Counted from the first letter of the stretch, positions 29,361 to 41,272 are shown. The stretch: DNA of 64,000 bases from an uncultured Candidatus Rokubacteria bacterium (GCA_963754315.1 CAVWFS010000015.1:128001-192000), one strand, 5' to 3'. The notes: a model not told the origin generated them from the letters alone. Program-made: numbers and translations.

Positions 29361-29795
29361 CTATTCCTCGACGATGGCGACCGCGGTCATGCGATCGCCC
29401 TGCTTGATGCGGTCCACGTGCTCCATGCCGGTCACAACTTTTCCGAACACCGTGTAGTTGCCGTCAAGGTGGGGGGTGGCTCCGTAGCAGATGTAGAACT
29501 GGCTGCCCGCGGAGTCGGGATCCTGGCTGCGGGCCATGGCGACCGTTCCCCGCACGTGCTTGTGCTTGTTGAACTCCGCCTTGATGGTGTAGCCGGGGCC
29601 GCCGCTGCCGTTGCCCTTCGGATCGCCGCCCTGGACCACGAAATCGGGTACCACCCGGTGAAAGGTGAGGCCGTCATAGAAGCCCTTCTTGGCGAGGGTC
29701 ACGAAGTTCTCCACGGTCTTGGGGGCATCCTGCGGGAAGAACTCCATCCGGATCTCCCCACCCTTCTCGAGCGTGATGACGGCTGCCTGCGTCAT
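29361..29795 (-). CDS. Cyclophilin-type PPIase (cytoplasmic)
   Basis: Motifs APKTVENF, FHRVVPDFVVQGGDP, AMAR, AGSQFYI, HLDGNYTVFGKV. Confidence 0.93.
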   Translation of the reverse strand: MTQAAVITLEKGGEIRMEFFPQDAPKTVENFVTLAKKGFYDGLTFHRVVPDFVVQGGDPKGNGSGGPGYTIKAEFNKHKHVRGTVAMARSQDPDSAGSQFYICYGATPHLDGNYTVFGKVVTGMEHVDRIKQGDRMTAVAIVEE

Positions 29796-29806
29796 TGAGA
29801 GGCTCC

Positions 29807-30343
29807 TCAGTCCACGAGTTTGATTGATGCAATGCGGTCGCCGACCTTGATGCCATCGACCACGTTCATGCCGCTGACCACCTTGCCGAACACCGTGTAC
29901 TTCCCATCCAGGAAGGGGGCCGCGGCCAGGGTGATGTAGAACTGGCTGCCCGCCGAGTCGGGATCGGACGAGCGCGCCATCGCGATGACTCCGCGCTCGT
30001 GCTTCTGCTTGTTGAACTCGGCCTTGATCGAGTAGCCGGGCCCACCGGTGCCGACCTTGCGGTCGCCAGGGGCAAGGGTCTTCGACTGCGGATCCCCCGC
30101 CTGGACCACGAAGCCCGGCTCGACGCGGTGGAAGAATTGCCCATCGTAAAAGCCCTGGCCGGCGAGCTTCACGAAGTTCTCGACGGTTTTCGGCGCGTCG
30201 GCGGGGAAGAACTCGATCCGGATCTCGCCGCCCTTCTGCAGCGTGATCACCGCTCCCTTGGCCTTGTCCTGGGCGACGGCCAGCGACGTGAAGACACCTG
30301 AGACGAACACGAGCATCGCGAGACGCAGCAGGGCTCTTCGCAC
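29807..30343 (-). CDS. Cyclophilin-type PPIase (signal peptide)
   Basis: Same motifs plus an N-terminal signal peptide; AAAGGAG RBS. Confidence 0.92.
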   Translation of the reverse strand: MRRALLRLAMLVFVSGVFTSLAVAQDKAKGAVITLQKGGEIRIEFFPADAPKTVENFVKLAGQGFYDGQFFHRVEPGFVVQAGDPQSKTLAPGDRKVGTGGPGYSIKAEFNKQKHERGVIAMARSSDPDSAGSQFYITLAAAPFLDGKYTVFGKVVSGMNVVDGIKVGDRIASIKLVD

Positions 30344-30417
30344 GTTGGGGCTCCTTTCTGAACGTCTGCAAGGTAGCATAGCGCGGCGAGGACGCGCCCG
30401 CGTGGTACGATGACTTG

Positions 30418-32217
<1,800 letters not shown>

Positions 32218-32236
32218 CACGCGGCCGCGAGGGTCC

Positions 32237-33293
32237 ATGAGCTCCCCTTCCCCTCCTCCCCACCCACGTGATGGGCAGTCATGGGTTCCCGGCCTGGTTC
32301 TGGACCGCCCTCGACAAGATCAAGGCGGGGGAGTACGGGTCGACCGACGTGAAGGAGACCTTCGACGATGCCACCCAGCTCGCCATTCGCGATCAGGAGC
32401 GGGCCGGCATCGACGTGATCTGCGACGGCGAGATGCGCCGCTTCTTCTTCGTGCAGACCTTCTACGGCAGAATGGACGGGCTCGAGCCGCTCGCGCCGCT
32501 GCGCAAGACCGGGCTCTACGCCTACGACAGCGTGCCCCGCTATCGTGCGTCAAGCCGCATCACGGTGCCGCACGGGCTCGGCACCGTGGACGAGTTCCGC
32601 TACCTGAAGAGCCAGACGACGAAACCGGTCAAGGCAACCTGTCCCGGCCCCGTGACCCTATCGATCCACGTGCAGACCCGATCTGGCGACGCCTACGATG
32701 GTGATCGGCTCGCCCTCTGCTGGGACCTCGTCCCTGTGGTGAACGCCGAGCTGAAGGCTCTGGCCGCGGCCGGGGCCGACTGGATCCAGCTCGACGAGCC
32801 GTCGGCGGCCATCGTCCCCGGCCAGGTGGGCGAGTACGTGAAGATGTTCAACGCCTGCGTGGAAGGCGTCCGCGCCAAGATCGGCTACCACGTGTGCTTC
32901 GGCAACCTCCTCTCGCGTCCGCGCGGCAAGCGCTCCTATCGGTTCCTGTTTCCTCATCTCCTCGAGACGCGCTGCCATCAGTTCGTCTTCGAGTACGCCA
33001 ATCGTGAGATGGCCGAGATCGACCTGTGGCGCGACGTGGGGGTGGATCGCGAGATCGCCTGTGGGGTGGTTGACGTGAAGTCCTTCTACCTGGAGACACC
33101 CGACGACGTCGCCGAGCGAATCCGCCTCTGCCTGGGCGCCATTCCCGTGGAGAGGCTCTCGCTGGTCCCCGATTGCGGATTCTTCCCCGTCCCCCGCTGG
33201 CTGGCCTTCGAGAAGCTCAAGTGCCTGGTGGCGGGGGTCCAGGTTGCTCGTCGCGAGCTGACCGGTTCATCGGGCGCGCCGACGGCGGCTTGA
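32237..33293 (+). CDS. Cobalamin-independent methionine synthase II (core MetE-like) family protein
   Basis: Motifs DGEMRR, IQLDEP, HVCFGN, EYANRE, PDCG. Probable true start is 32237 with one extra C in a homopolymer at about 32245 (would give MSSLPLLPTHVMGS). Confidence 0.85.
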
Positions 33294-33324
33294 CCGTCGG
33301 CGCCCGCCGGCTCCGCGTCGGCCC

Positions 33325-33657
33325 TTACGCGCGCCTGGTCTCCGTCCGGACGACCAGGCGCGTTGCGGAGTGATCGATGATGCGAAGCTCGGCCCCACCT
33401 CCCTCGGGGCGGATCACCACGGTGCCACCCTCGTCGCGCCAGGTTGCCGGCCGTTCGACGAGGCGATCGTCCGGTCCTGCCACGAGAACATGGGCTTCAC
33501 CATCCCGCTTGAGCTCGAGTCGGGCCCGCGGCCGGCGCGACAGCGGGATGGTGTCGTCCTCCGCACGATAGACGGCTCCCTCGGCGGTGTCCTCCTCGAA
33601 GACATGTACCCACCGCTTCGCGAACAGTCGATCGCGGGCGCCGCGCTTGGCGGACAG
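33325..33657 (-). CDS. Hypothetical beta-rich protein with CTG start, downstream of M43 protease
   Basis: Manual translation (L/M)SAKRGARDRLFAKRWVHVFEEDTAEGAVYR...PLSRRPRARLELKRDG...GPDDRL...TRRA*, 110 aa. GAGGGAGG RBS precedes the CTG. Not in the ORF track. Confidence 0.7.
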   Translation of the reverse strand: MSAKRGARDRLFAKRWVHVFEEDTAEGAVYRAEDDTIPLSRRPRARLELKRDGEAHVLVAGPDDRLVERPATWRDEGGTVVIRPEGGGAELRIIDHSATRLVVRTETRRA

Positions 33658-33677
33658 ACCGTCCCTCCCTCGCCGAG

Positions 33678-34572
33678 CTAGAGCAGGCCGCTACGAGTTG
33701 TCTCCAGGGCCGTGCGCATGCGCAGGACCTGCTCGCTCGTGAACATGAACATGCCCAGGTCATCGGTGTAGTCCATGTAGTTCATGAACATGTCGCCGTT
33801 GGGGCCGTTATTGCAGCTCACCTTGGGAAACGTGGGTTCGCCAAAGTTCGGACCCTCGCAGTTGGGAGTGTCAGCCACCATGTCAGAGCCGCTGCAGTCC
33901 GGTGTGTCGCCCCAGATGTGCCGCAGGTTGAGATAGTGGCCAATCTCGTGCGTGACCGTGCGGCCCTTGTGGAAGGGCGCCTGCGCGGTTCCGCTGGTAC
34001 CGAACGCCAGGTAATTGATGACCACCCCGTCCGTGGAGGGGGGACCACCGGGAAACTGTGCGTAGCCGAGGAGCCCACCGGTCAGGGGACAGACCCAGAC
34101 GTTGAGATGGGTCTTCGGCTCATAGGGAGCGATCCCACCCGTCGACGCCTTCTTGACCCCGTCATCGTGTGAAAATCCCGTCTTCGTGGTCTTCGTCCGG
34201 ATTACCTTCGCCAGCTTGAAGTAAATCCGCGAATCGCCGACGAGCCCCTTCCAGGGCTGCCGGGGTCCCGTTCCGATCCGGGTTCGTCGCCCGAAAATCC
34301 TTGTTCATGGCCTTGAACTGGGTCTTGATCTGGGCATCCGAGATGTTTTGCTCATCGGTCTTGTACACGATGTTGACGACGGTCTTGATCCCGACGACCT
34401 TCGCCCGGGCCAGATCGAGCCCTAGGCTGCGTCGCCGTGAGGTAGCCCCTTCCAGCCGTTGCTGGGCCGCCCGAAAGGAGGCGTTTCGCTCTAGCAGGAT
34501 CATGTGGGCGGCCATGGCCCCGCATGACCGGCGGAGCGTGCTGCGGCGAGACCTCGTTCTTCTCTTCGCCAT
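33678..34572 (-). CDS. M43 (ulilysin/pappalysin-like) zinc metalloprotease (frameshift about 34260)
   Basis: Cys-switch RSCG, GLLGYAQFP, HEIGHYLNLRH and Met-turn NYMDY. One extra base separates the two halves. Confidence 0.88.
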
Positions 34573-34772
34573 CCTGTCCTCCTTCAGAAAGGGCCGTCTC
34601 GGCAATGACGGGCAGCCAACGGGGAAGACCTCAGATCAACCGTAGCGCCTCCTGCACACCTATTGAGCATGCGCCAGCGCGCATCGCACCGTCAAGGGTA
34701 GGCGGGCCGGCCCGCATTGCCCGCCCGTGCCCAGGGCTTGACGCCATCACTCACCCCGTGCAAGATTCGCCC

Positions 34773-34820
34773 ATGATCGTCGTTCGACCGACCCACGGTT
34801 GGTGGTGGCCGCCGCAGTAG
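34773..34820 (+). CDS. trpL: Trp attenuation leader peptide MIVVRPTHGWWWPPQ
   Basis: Three consecutive TGG codons in a short ORF upstream of trpE(G). Confidence 0.9.
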   Translation: MIVVRPTHGWWWPPQ

Positions 34821-34881
34821 GCGGCCTCCCCCACCGATAATGACCCGGGAGCCGCCTCGACCGAGGCGGCTTCGTGTTGTT
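34800..34881 (+). promoter_or_regulatory. Trp attenuator (alternative hairpins and terminator)
   Basis: 1:2 GGCCGCC/GGCGGCC; 2:3 AGGCGGCCTCC/GGAGCCGCCT; 3:4 GAGCCGCCTCG-ACC-GAGGCGGCTTC followed by GTGTTGTT. Confidence 0.85.
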
Positions 34882-34958
34882 CAGGACCGCCGCTTCGGGA
34901 AGAGGCCGCGGTCCTTCGCATGTTTGGGCTCCGCTCCCGCGGTCGCCAGGAGGGACAC

Positions 34959-37118
34959 GTGAGCGTAGAACGTTACGTCACCCGCGGCGGTATCGTCGTT
35001 CACCGAACCATCGAGGCCCTCGCCGTCGAGGGTGCCATCGAGCCTGTCCTCGATGCTCTCGACTGCCAGCGAGGCGTCCTGCTCGCCTCCAGCTACGAGT
35101 ATCCGGGACGCTACACGCGCTGGGACATGGGCTTCGTCAATCCGCCCCTGGTTCTGGTCACGCGCGGGCGCCACCTTCGCCTCTCCGCGTTGAACGAGCG
35201 GGGCCGCGCGATGCTCCCAGGTCTGGCGACTTCCCTTCACCGGCTCGACGCCGTGGCGTGGAGCGCGGCCACTGAGACCGACGTGGAGGGGGTGGTTGCC
35301 ACCCCCTCCACGCGGTTCGCTGAAGAGGAACGGAGCAAGCAGCCCTCCGTGTTCACCGTGCTCCGGGAACTGATCGACCTGTTCGCGAGCCCGGCCGACC
35401 CCCACCTCGGTCTCTACGGTGCCTTCGGCTACGATCTGGCGTTCCAGTTCGAGCCCATCCGGCTGGCCCGACCCCGTCCCGCCGACCAGCGCGATCTCGT
35501 CCTCTACCTGCCCGATGAGATCGTGATCGTGGACCATCAGCGCCAGCGGGCGGTGCGCCAGCGTTACGAATTCGAGATCGCGGGACGCTCGACGCGCGAC
35601 CTTCCCCGCGTGGGCCCCACCGAGCCCTACGGGGGTGCGCGCACGGTCGAGCGCGCGTGCGATCACGCGCCCGGCGAGTATGCAGAAGGTGTGCGGCGCG
35701 CGCGCGAAAGCTTCCGGCGCGGAGACCTCTTCGAGGTGGTTCCGGGCCAGATGTTCTTCGAGCCATGCGCGTCCGCACCCTCGGAGGTGTTCCGACGCCT
35801 GCGCGAGCGCAATCCAGCTCCCTACGGCTTCCTCATCAACCTCGGGGAGGCGGAATATCTGGTGGGCGCATCGCCCGAGATGTACGTCCGCGTGGAGGCC
35901 GACCGGGTCGAGACCTGCCCGATCTCCGGAACCGTGGCGCGCGGGCAAGACCCGCTGGCCGATGCCTCTCAGATTCTCCTCCTTCTGAACTCGGCCAAGG
36001 ACGAGGCCGAGCTGACCATGTGCACCGACGTGGATCGGAACGACAAGTCCCGCATCTGCCGTCCGGGCAGCGTGCGCGTGATCGGTCGCCGGCAGATCGA
36101 GATGTATTCGCGGGTCATCCACACCGTCGATCACGTGGAGGGCCGGCTGCGTGAGGGCTTCGACGCCCTTGACGCCTTCCTCGCCCATGCGTGGGCAGTC
36201 ACCGTCACCGGAGCCCCCAAGCTGTGGGCCATGCAGTTCATCGAGGATCATGAGAAATCCTGCCGGGCCTGGTACGGCGGCGCGGTGGGCCTGCTGGGCT
36301 TCGATGGGAACATGAACACGGGCCTTACCCTGCGCACGATCCGGGTGAAAGACGGCGTGGCCGAGGTACGCGCGGGCGCCACCTTGCTCTTCGATTCCGA
36401 TCCCGACGAGGAGGAGCGTGAGACGCGCATCAAGGCGGCCGCCTTCGTCGACGCCATCCGGCGGCCTCGGGGGGCGACGGCCCACGTCGCTCCTGCGGCG
36501 GAGCGTCCAGGTCAGGGCCGCCGGGTCCTCCTCGTCGATCATCAGGACTCCTTCGTGCACACCCTGGCCAACTACATTCGACAGACGGGCGCTGAGGTCA
36601 CCACGCTTCGCGCCGGCTTCCCTCTCAGCGTTCTCGACGAGACGAATCCGCACCTCGTGGTGCTCTCGCCGGGGCCTGGGCGCCCGCGCGACTTCGACGT
36701 GTCAGCCACCTTGGCCGCGGCCATCACAAGACGGCTCCCCGTTTTCGGCGTGTGCCTCGGACTGCAGGGCCTGGTGGAATACTTCGGCGGCGAGCTCGGG
36801 GTCCTCGCCTCGCCCATGCACGGCAAGGCGTCGACCATCCACGTCCGGGGCGGCCGGATCTTCGAGGGCTTGCCGCGTCAGTTCGCGGCCGGCCGCTATC
36901 ACTCGCTGTTCGCGCGGACCGAAACCTTGCCCGCTGCTCTCCGTGTGACTGCCGAGACCGACGATGGGGTCGTCATGGCGGTCGAGCACACCGAGCTTCC
37001 CCTGGACGCCGTGCAATTTCACCCGGAGTCGATCATGAGCCTCGGCGACGAGATCGGCCTGCGGCTGATCCGCAACGTGGTGGCGTTGGCCGCCATGGGT
37101 GCAAACGTCGTCCCCTAA
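34959..37118 (+). CDS. trpE: Anthranilate synthase, fused TrpE(G)
   Basis: Motifs SSYEYPGRY, NPAPY, SPEMYV, TGAPK, then the GATase part DHQDSFVHTL, GVCLG, QFHPES. AGGAGG RBS before GTG. Confidence 0.95.
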   Translation: MSVERYVTRGGIVVHRTIEALAVEGAIEPVLDALDCQRGVLLASSYEYPGRYTRWDMGFVNPPLVLVTRGRHLRLSALNERGRAMLPGLATSLHRLDAVAWSAATETDVEGVVATPSTRFAEEERSKQPSVFTVLRELIDLFASPADPHLGLYGAFGYDLAFQFEPIRLARPRPADQRDLVLYLPDEIVIVDHQRQRAVRQRYEFEIAGRSTRDLPRVGPTEPYGGARTVERACDHAPGEYAEGVRRARESFRRGDLFEVVPGQMFFEPCASAPSEVFRRLRERNPAPYGFLINLGEAEYLVGASPEMYVRVEADRVETCPISGTVARGQDPLADASQILLLLNSAKDEAELTMCTDVDRNDKSRICRPGSVRVIGRRQIEMYSRVIHTVDHVEGRLREGFDALDAFLAHAWAVTVTGAPKLWAMQFIEDHEKSCRAWYGGAVGLLGFDGNMNTGLTLRTIRVKDGVAEVRAGATLLFDSDPDEEERETRIKAAAFVDAIRRPRGATAHVAPAAERPGQGRRVLLVDHQDSFVHTLANYIRQTGAEVTTLRAGFPLSVLDETNPHLVVLSPGPGRPRDFDVSATLAAAITRRLPVFGVCLGLQGLVEYFGGELGVLASPMHGKASTIHVRGGRIFEGLPRQFAAGRYHSLFARTETLPAALRVTAETDDGVVMAVEHTELPLDAVQFHPESIMSLGDEIGLRLIRNVVALAAMGANVVP

Positions 37119-37119
37119 A

Positions 37120-37254
37120 AGGAAGCCCCAAGCGTCCGAGAGAGCCCCAACCGGCCGTTGGTTCCCTGGCCAGGACCCCACGATCTTGGGTGCGTTGCCC
37201 GCGAGTCTCCCAAACGGCCGCGAGCCGGCCGGGCGCGTGATAAGGTGGCTTCCT
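37120..37254. ncRNA. Candidate structured RNA (long nested hairpin) between trpE(G) and ku
   Basis: Nested complementary pairs AGGAAGCC/GGCTTCCT, GCGTCCG/CGGGCGC, CGGCCGTT/AACGGCCG, ACCC/GGGT. Confidence 0.4.
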
Positions 37255-37300
37255 ACCTCGAGATTCGACCTTGATTGCGTGACGACCGGAGGACACGACA

Positions 37301-38167
37301 ATGCCACCTCATGCCATCGGATCGGGAGCGATCTCGTTCGGCTTGGTGTCGATACCCATCAAGCTCTACGCGGCCACCGCCTCCGGCTCGGTCTCGTTCA
37401 ACCTGCTCCATGCGCCGTGTGGGTCCCGCATCCGCCAGCAGCAGTTCTGTCCTCAGTGCAATGCCGTCGTCGAGCGCGGTGAGCTGGTCCGGGCGTACGA
37501 ATTTGCCAAGGAGCAGTACGTACGCGTGAGTGACGAGGAGCTGAAAACCCTCGAGGGGGAAGCCTCCAGGGCCATCGACATCGCGGAGTTCGTGCCCCTC
37601 GACAAGGTCGATCCCATCTTCTTCGAGCGCACGTACTACCTCGGCCCCGACAAGGGCGGTGAGAAACCCTACCGTTTGCTCGCCGACGCGATGGCGCAGA
37701 GCGAGCAAGTCGCGGTGGCCCGGTTCGTCATGCGGGGCAAGGAAAACATCGTCCTCGTCCGCGCCGCCCAGGGCGGGTTGTTACTCCACACCATGTACTT
37801 CGCCGACGAGGTCCGCAATTTCGGCGAGATCGACAAGGGCCAGTCCGCCAAGATCAAGGAGAACGAGATCGAGCTGGCGCTGCAGCTCATCAGCGGTCTG
37901 GCCAGCGACGATTTCAAGCCCGAGCAGTACCAGGACGAGTATCGCCAGCGCGTGCTCGACCTGATCGAGAGCAAAGTTGCCGGCAAGGAGATCACGACCA
38001 CCCCCACGCCCACCACCAAGACCTCCCAGGTGATCGACCTGGCCGAGGCGCTCCGTCAGAGCCTCGCCAAGCGCGACAAGAAACCGCTCGCCAAGGCCAA
38101 ACCGGAGGCCGCCGTGGCGCGCCGTCCGGAAGCGGCACCCAGGAAGGCCCAGGCCGGACGCAAGTAA
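37301..38167 (+). CDS. ku: NHEJ DNA end-binding protein Ku
   Basis: Motifs GAISFGLVSIPIKLY, YYLGP, DEYRQRV, VIDLAEALRQSL and a basic tail. Confidence 0.95.
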   Translation: MPPHAIGSGAISFGLVSIPIKLYAATASGSVSFNLLHAPCGSRIRQQQFCPQCNAVVERGELVRAYEFAKEQYVRVSDEELKTLEGEASRAIDIAEFVPLDKVDPIFFERTYYLGPDKGGEKPYRLLADAMAQSEQVAVARFVMRGKENIVLVRAAQGGLLLHTMYFADEVRNFGEIDKGQSAKIKENEIELALQLISGLASDDFKPEQYQDEYRQRVLDLIESKVAGKEITTTPTPTTKTSQVIDLAEALRQSLAKRDKKPLAKAKPEAAVARRPEAAPRKAQAGRK

Positions 38168-38194
38168 CCGGCGAGCGGTTCCCTCCGTCCTTCG

Positions 38195-39403
38195 GTGCTC
38201 ATGACTGTGCCTGGCGGTGCGCGTCGCCCGGCCATGATCGTGCTCCTCTGCGTCACCGTCGGCGCCAGCACGTTCTCCATCGGCGGCTTCGCCCCTTTGT
38301 TGCCCGAGATCGGGCGAACACTCCGCTTGTCGGACGTCGGGCTCGGTGCCCTCGCCGGGATGTTCGGCTTCGCGCGGATGGCCGCCGACCTACCCGTCGG
38401 TCTCTTTCTGCGACGCCACCTGCGCCTCGCCCTCGTTCTCGCCCCCCTGACCGTCATCACGGGGATCCTCTGTCTGAGCGGCAGCACGTCGCTACCGATG
38501 CTCCTCCTGGGACGGGCCCTGATGGGGCTCGGCCACGCACTCGGCATGGTCGGAGGCCTCACCGTCCTTCTGCGTGCTCAGACGGGATCACGGCTGGGGG
38601 CGGCGCTCAATAGCATCGAGCTCTCGGGAATGCTCGGCCTTCTCGGGGGGGTCACCTTGGTCGGGTGGCTTCCTCACGGCATTGCCTGGAACCGCGCGCT
38701 CCTCATCGCGGGCTCGCCGCTCCTGGTCACCCTGGCCGTGCTCCCCGCGCTCCTGGCCTCCACGCGCGAGACACACGCTGTCACGCCGATAACCCGCGAG
38801 GTGCCGGCCCGGCGCGTGCTCTCGCCGACCCATCCCTGGCTCGTACCGCTGGCGTTCATCACGGGCGCGACCGTCTCCTGCGCCTACTCGACGGTCGAGC
38901 AGTTCCTGATTCCCCTGCGCGGAAGCCGGCACTTCGGGCTTGACCGGTCGGGGATCGCGCGATTGCTCCAGATCGGCCAGCTCTCCGACATCATGGCCCT
39001 CATCCCCGTCGGCATGCTCGCGGATCGACGAGGTGCGGCCCCCGTGCTGGCCGTGGTCACCGTAGTCATGGCAGCCGGGATCACGCTCATTGCCTTCGGC
39101 AACCTGATCCTGGCTGCCGTCGGCTGCGTTCTGCTGGGGCTCGCCATGGCCGGCTGGATGCTGCCGCTCGGCGTCCTGCGGGCGGCAACGCCTCCCGAGC
39201 GTATCGCCTGGCGCACGGCGGTTTACCGGGTGGGGGTGGACGGGGGGATCTTCCTCGGACCGTTCCTGAGCGGGCTGGTCGCCGGATGGAGCCCCGGGCT
39301 CATGCCGGGGCTCCTCGCCATCATCCTGCTCACGATCGGAGTCATGACGGCCCTGGCCATTCGCCGATCCGGGCGCGAGCCAGGGCGCTCGACGCCTCAG
39401 TAG
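38195..39403 (+). CDS. MFS transporter
   Basis: About 12 hydrophobic segments; motif GMLADRRG. Confidence 0.8.
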   Translation: MLMTVPGGARRPAMIVLLCVTVGASTFSIGGFAPLLPEIGRTLRLSDVGLGALAGMFGFARMAADLPVGLFLRRHLRLALVLAPLTVITGILCLSGSTSLPMLLLGRALMGLGHALGMVGGLTVLLRAQTGSRLGAALNSIELSGMLGLLGGVTLVGWLPHGIAWNRALLIAGSPLLVTLAVLPALLASTRETHAVTPITREVPARRVLSPTHPWLVPLAFITGATVSCAYSTVEQFLIPLRGSRHFGLDRSGIARLLQIGQLSDIMALIPVGMLADRRGAAPVLAVVTVVMAAGITLIAFGNLILAAVGCVLLGLAMAGWMLPLGVLRAATPPERIAWRTAVYRVGVDGGIFLGPFLSGLVAGWSPGLMPGLLAIILLTIGVMTALAIRRSGREPGRSTPQ

Positions 39404-40543
39404 GGGATGCCCGACGTGTCGATCTCCTCCACGATGACGCGCTTGCCGTCCTTGACCACGGCAACGTAGATCTTCGGCGTCGCCTGCTGGTGCTGGTCGA
39501 ACCGAATCGGGCTTCCCGTGACGCTCGTGTAGTCCGTCTTGGCGAGGGCCTCGCGGATCCTGGCGGGATCGGTCGACCCGGCCCGCTTGATGGCCTCCGC
39601 CTGCAGATAGACCCCGTCGTAGCCCGCCTGGGCGTACTGGTCGGGCTCCTCACCGTTGCGCCGCGCCTTGAAGGCAGCGATGAAGGCCTTGTTACGAGGC
39701 GTCTCGAGGGTGGTTCCGTAGCGCACGACCAGCGGCACGCCCTCGGCGGGCTTGCCGGCAATCTTGATGAAGGCGTCGGTGATGGGACCATCGGAGCCCA
39801 GCACGGTCGCCTTCAGCCCGAGCTCGGCCATTTGCTTGACCTGGGCGGCGGCCGTCGCGGAGATGTCGACCACGTTGACGCCGTCGGGATTGAGGGCCTT
39901 GATTTTCGTGAGGTAGGAATAGAAATCCTTCTCGCCTGGCGCGTAGTAGTCGCTGCTCACGATGGTCCCGCCCAGCTCCTTGAGACGGGCCTGATAGACC
40001 CCGGACGTGGCGCGGCCCCAGTCGTCGTTGCGGGCCAGGAAGGCCACCTTCTTGATTTTGAGCTTGTTCGACCCAGTAGTCCACGAAGCGGCTTTCCAGC
40101 CGCGGGGTCTGAGCGAACTTGAACAGGTACGTCAGCTTCGTCTCCTTGGCGTCGGGCAGGAACGAGATGCCATTGGTGGTCGGGATCTTCAGCTCCTCGA
40201 TGGTCGGCAAGGTCGCGATGGTGGAGGAGCTGAACCAGCAGCAATCCACGGCGACGACCTTGTCCTGCGTCACCACCTTCCGGAAGGCGCTGACTGACTC
40301 CGCCGGAATCCCGCGGCTGTCGGCGGCCACGATCTCGATCTTGCGGCCTCCGAGGATGCCGCCGGCACCGTTGATCTCCTGGGCGGCCACCTGCGCTCCG
40401 ATCAAGGTGCTGAGCCCGTCGGCAGCGGCGGGACCCGTGTGAGGCCCCACCACGCCGAGCTTGATCGGTTCCTGGGCGGGCGCGCTTTCGATCATGCCCC
40501 CGACCACCAGCATCGCCGCCAACACCGTCACCATCCGCTTCAT
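39397..40543 (-). CDS. livK: Branched-chain amino acid-type ABC substrate-binding protein (frameshift about 40070)
   Basis: Signal peptide with IKLGV and EINGAGGILGG in ORF 39692..40543; continues as NDDWG...AQAGYD in ORF 39397..40047. Confidence 0.85.
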
Positions 40544-40567
40544 GGAAATCCTCCTTGTCGGTTCATC

Positions 40568-41272
40568 CTACATCCCGAGATATGCGCGCTTGACCTCCTC
40601 GCTGTCCAGGAGGCTCGCCCCCGCGTCCTCGAGCACGATGCTTCCCGTCTCGAGCACGTAGCCGCGGTCGGCGATGCGCAGCGCCGCCTGCGCTCGCTGC
40701 TCGACCAGAAGTATGGAGATCCCCTGATGGTTGAGGGTCTTCACGATCTCCACCACCCGATCGACGAAGAGGGGCGCCAGCCCGAGCGACGGCTCGTCGA
40801 GCATCAACAGGCGAGGGCGCGCCATCAGGGCGCGTCCGATGGCGAGCATCTGCTGCTCGCCTCCGCTCAGGGTGGCCCCCAGCTGGCGCGCCCGCTCGCT
40901 CAGGACCGGAAAGTGAGCAAACACGGTCTGCATGCGCTCACTGACATCACCAGCGCGGTGCTCGCGAAAAGCACCCAACCTCAAGTTTTCCCACACGGTC
41001 AGATCGGGAAAGATCTGACGCCCTTCCGGCACGTGACCGATCCCGAGGGCGAGGATTTCGTGCGGGGCTCGCCCGCCGATCGGCTGGCCCTCCCAGGCGA
41101 TCCGCCCCCGGGTCGGCTTCACCAGACCGGAGATGGTCCGCAAGGTTGTCGATTTCCCCGCTCCGTTGGCGCCGATGAGCGTGACCAGGGAGCCCGGGGC
41201 CACGCGCAGGGAAATCCCCTTGAGGGCTGCCACGGGGCCGTAGTGCACGTGCAGGTCGTCGATCTCAAGCAC
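40568..41272 (-). CDS. livF: HAAT ABC ATPase
   Basis: Motifs GANGAGKST, VPEGRQIF, LSGGEQQM, DEPSLGLAP. Confidence 0.92.
   Translation of the reverse strand: MLEIDDLHVHYGPVAALKGISLRVAPGSLVTLIGANGAGKSTTLRTISGLVKPTRGRIAWEGQPIGGRAPHEILALGIGHVPEGRQIFPDLTVWENLRLGAFREHRAGDVSERMQTVFAHFPVLSERARQLGATLSGGEQQMLAIGRALMARPRLLMLDEPSLGLAPLFVDRVVEIVKTLNHQGISILLVEQRAQAALRIADRGYVLETGSIVLEDAGASLLDSEEVKRAYLGM

Noticed and set aside
33370..33681. 103-aa plus-strand ORF
   Set aside because: Antisense shadow of the CTG-start minus-strand gene, which has an RBS and operon context.
37301..38167. Prophage Gam/Ku or a complete NHEJ locus
   Set aside because: No phage genes or ligD in the window; it looks like an ordinary standalone bacterial ku.
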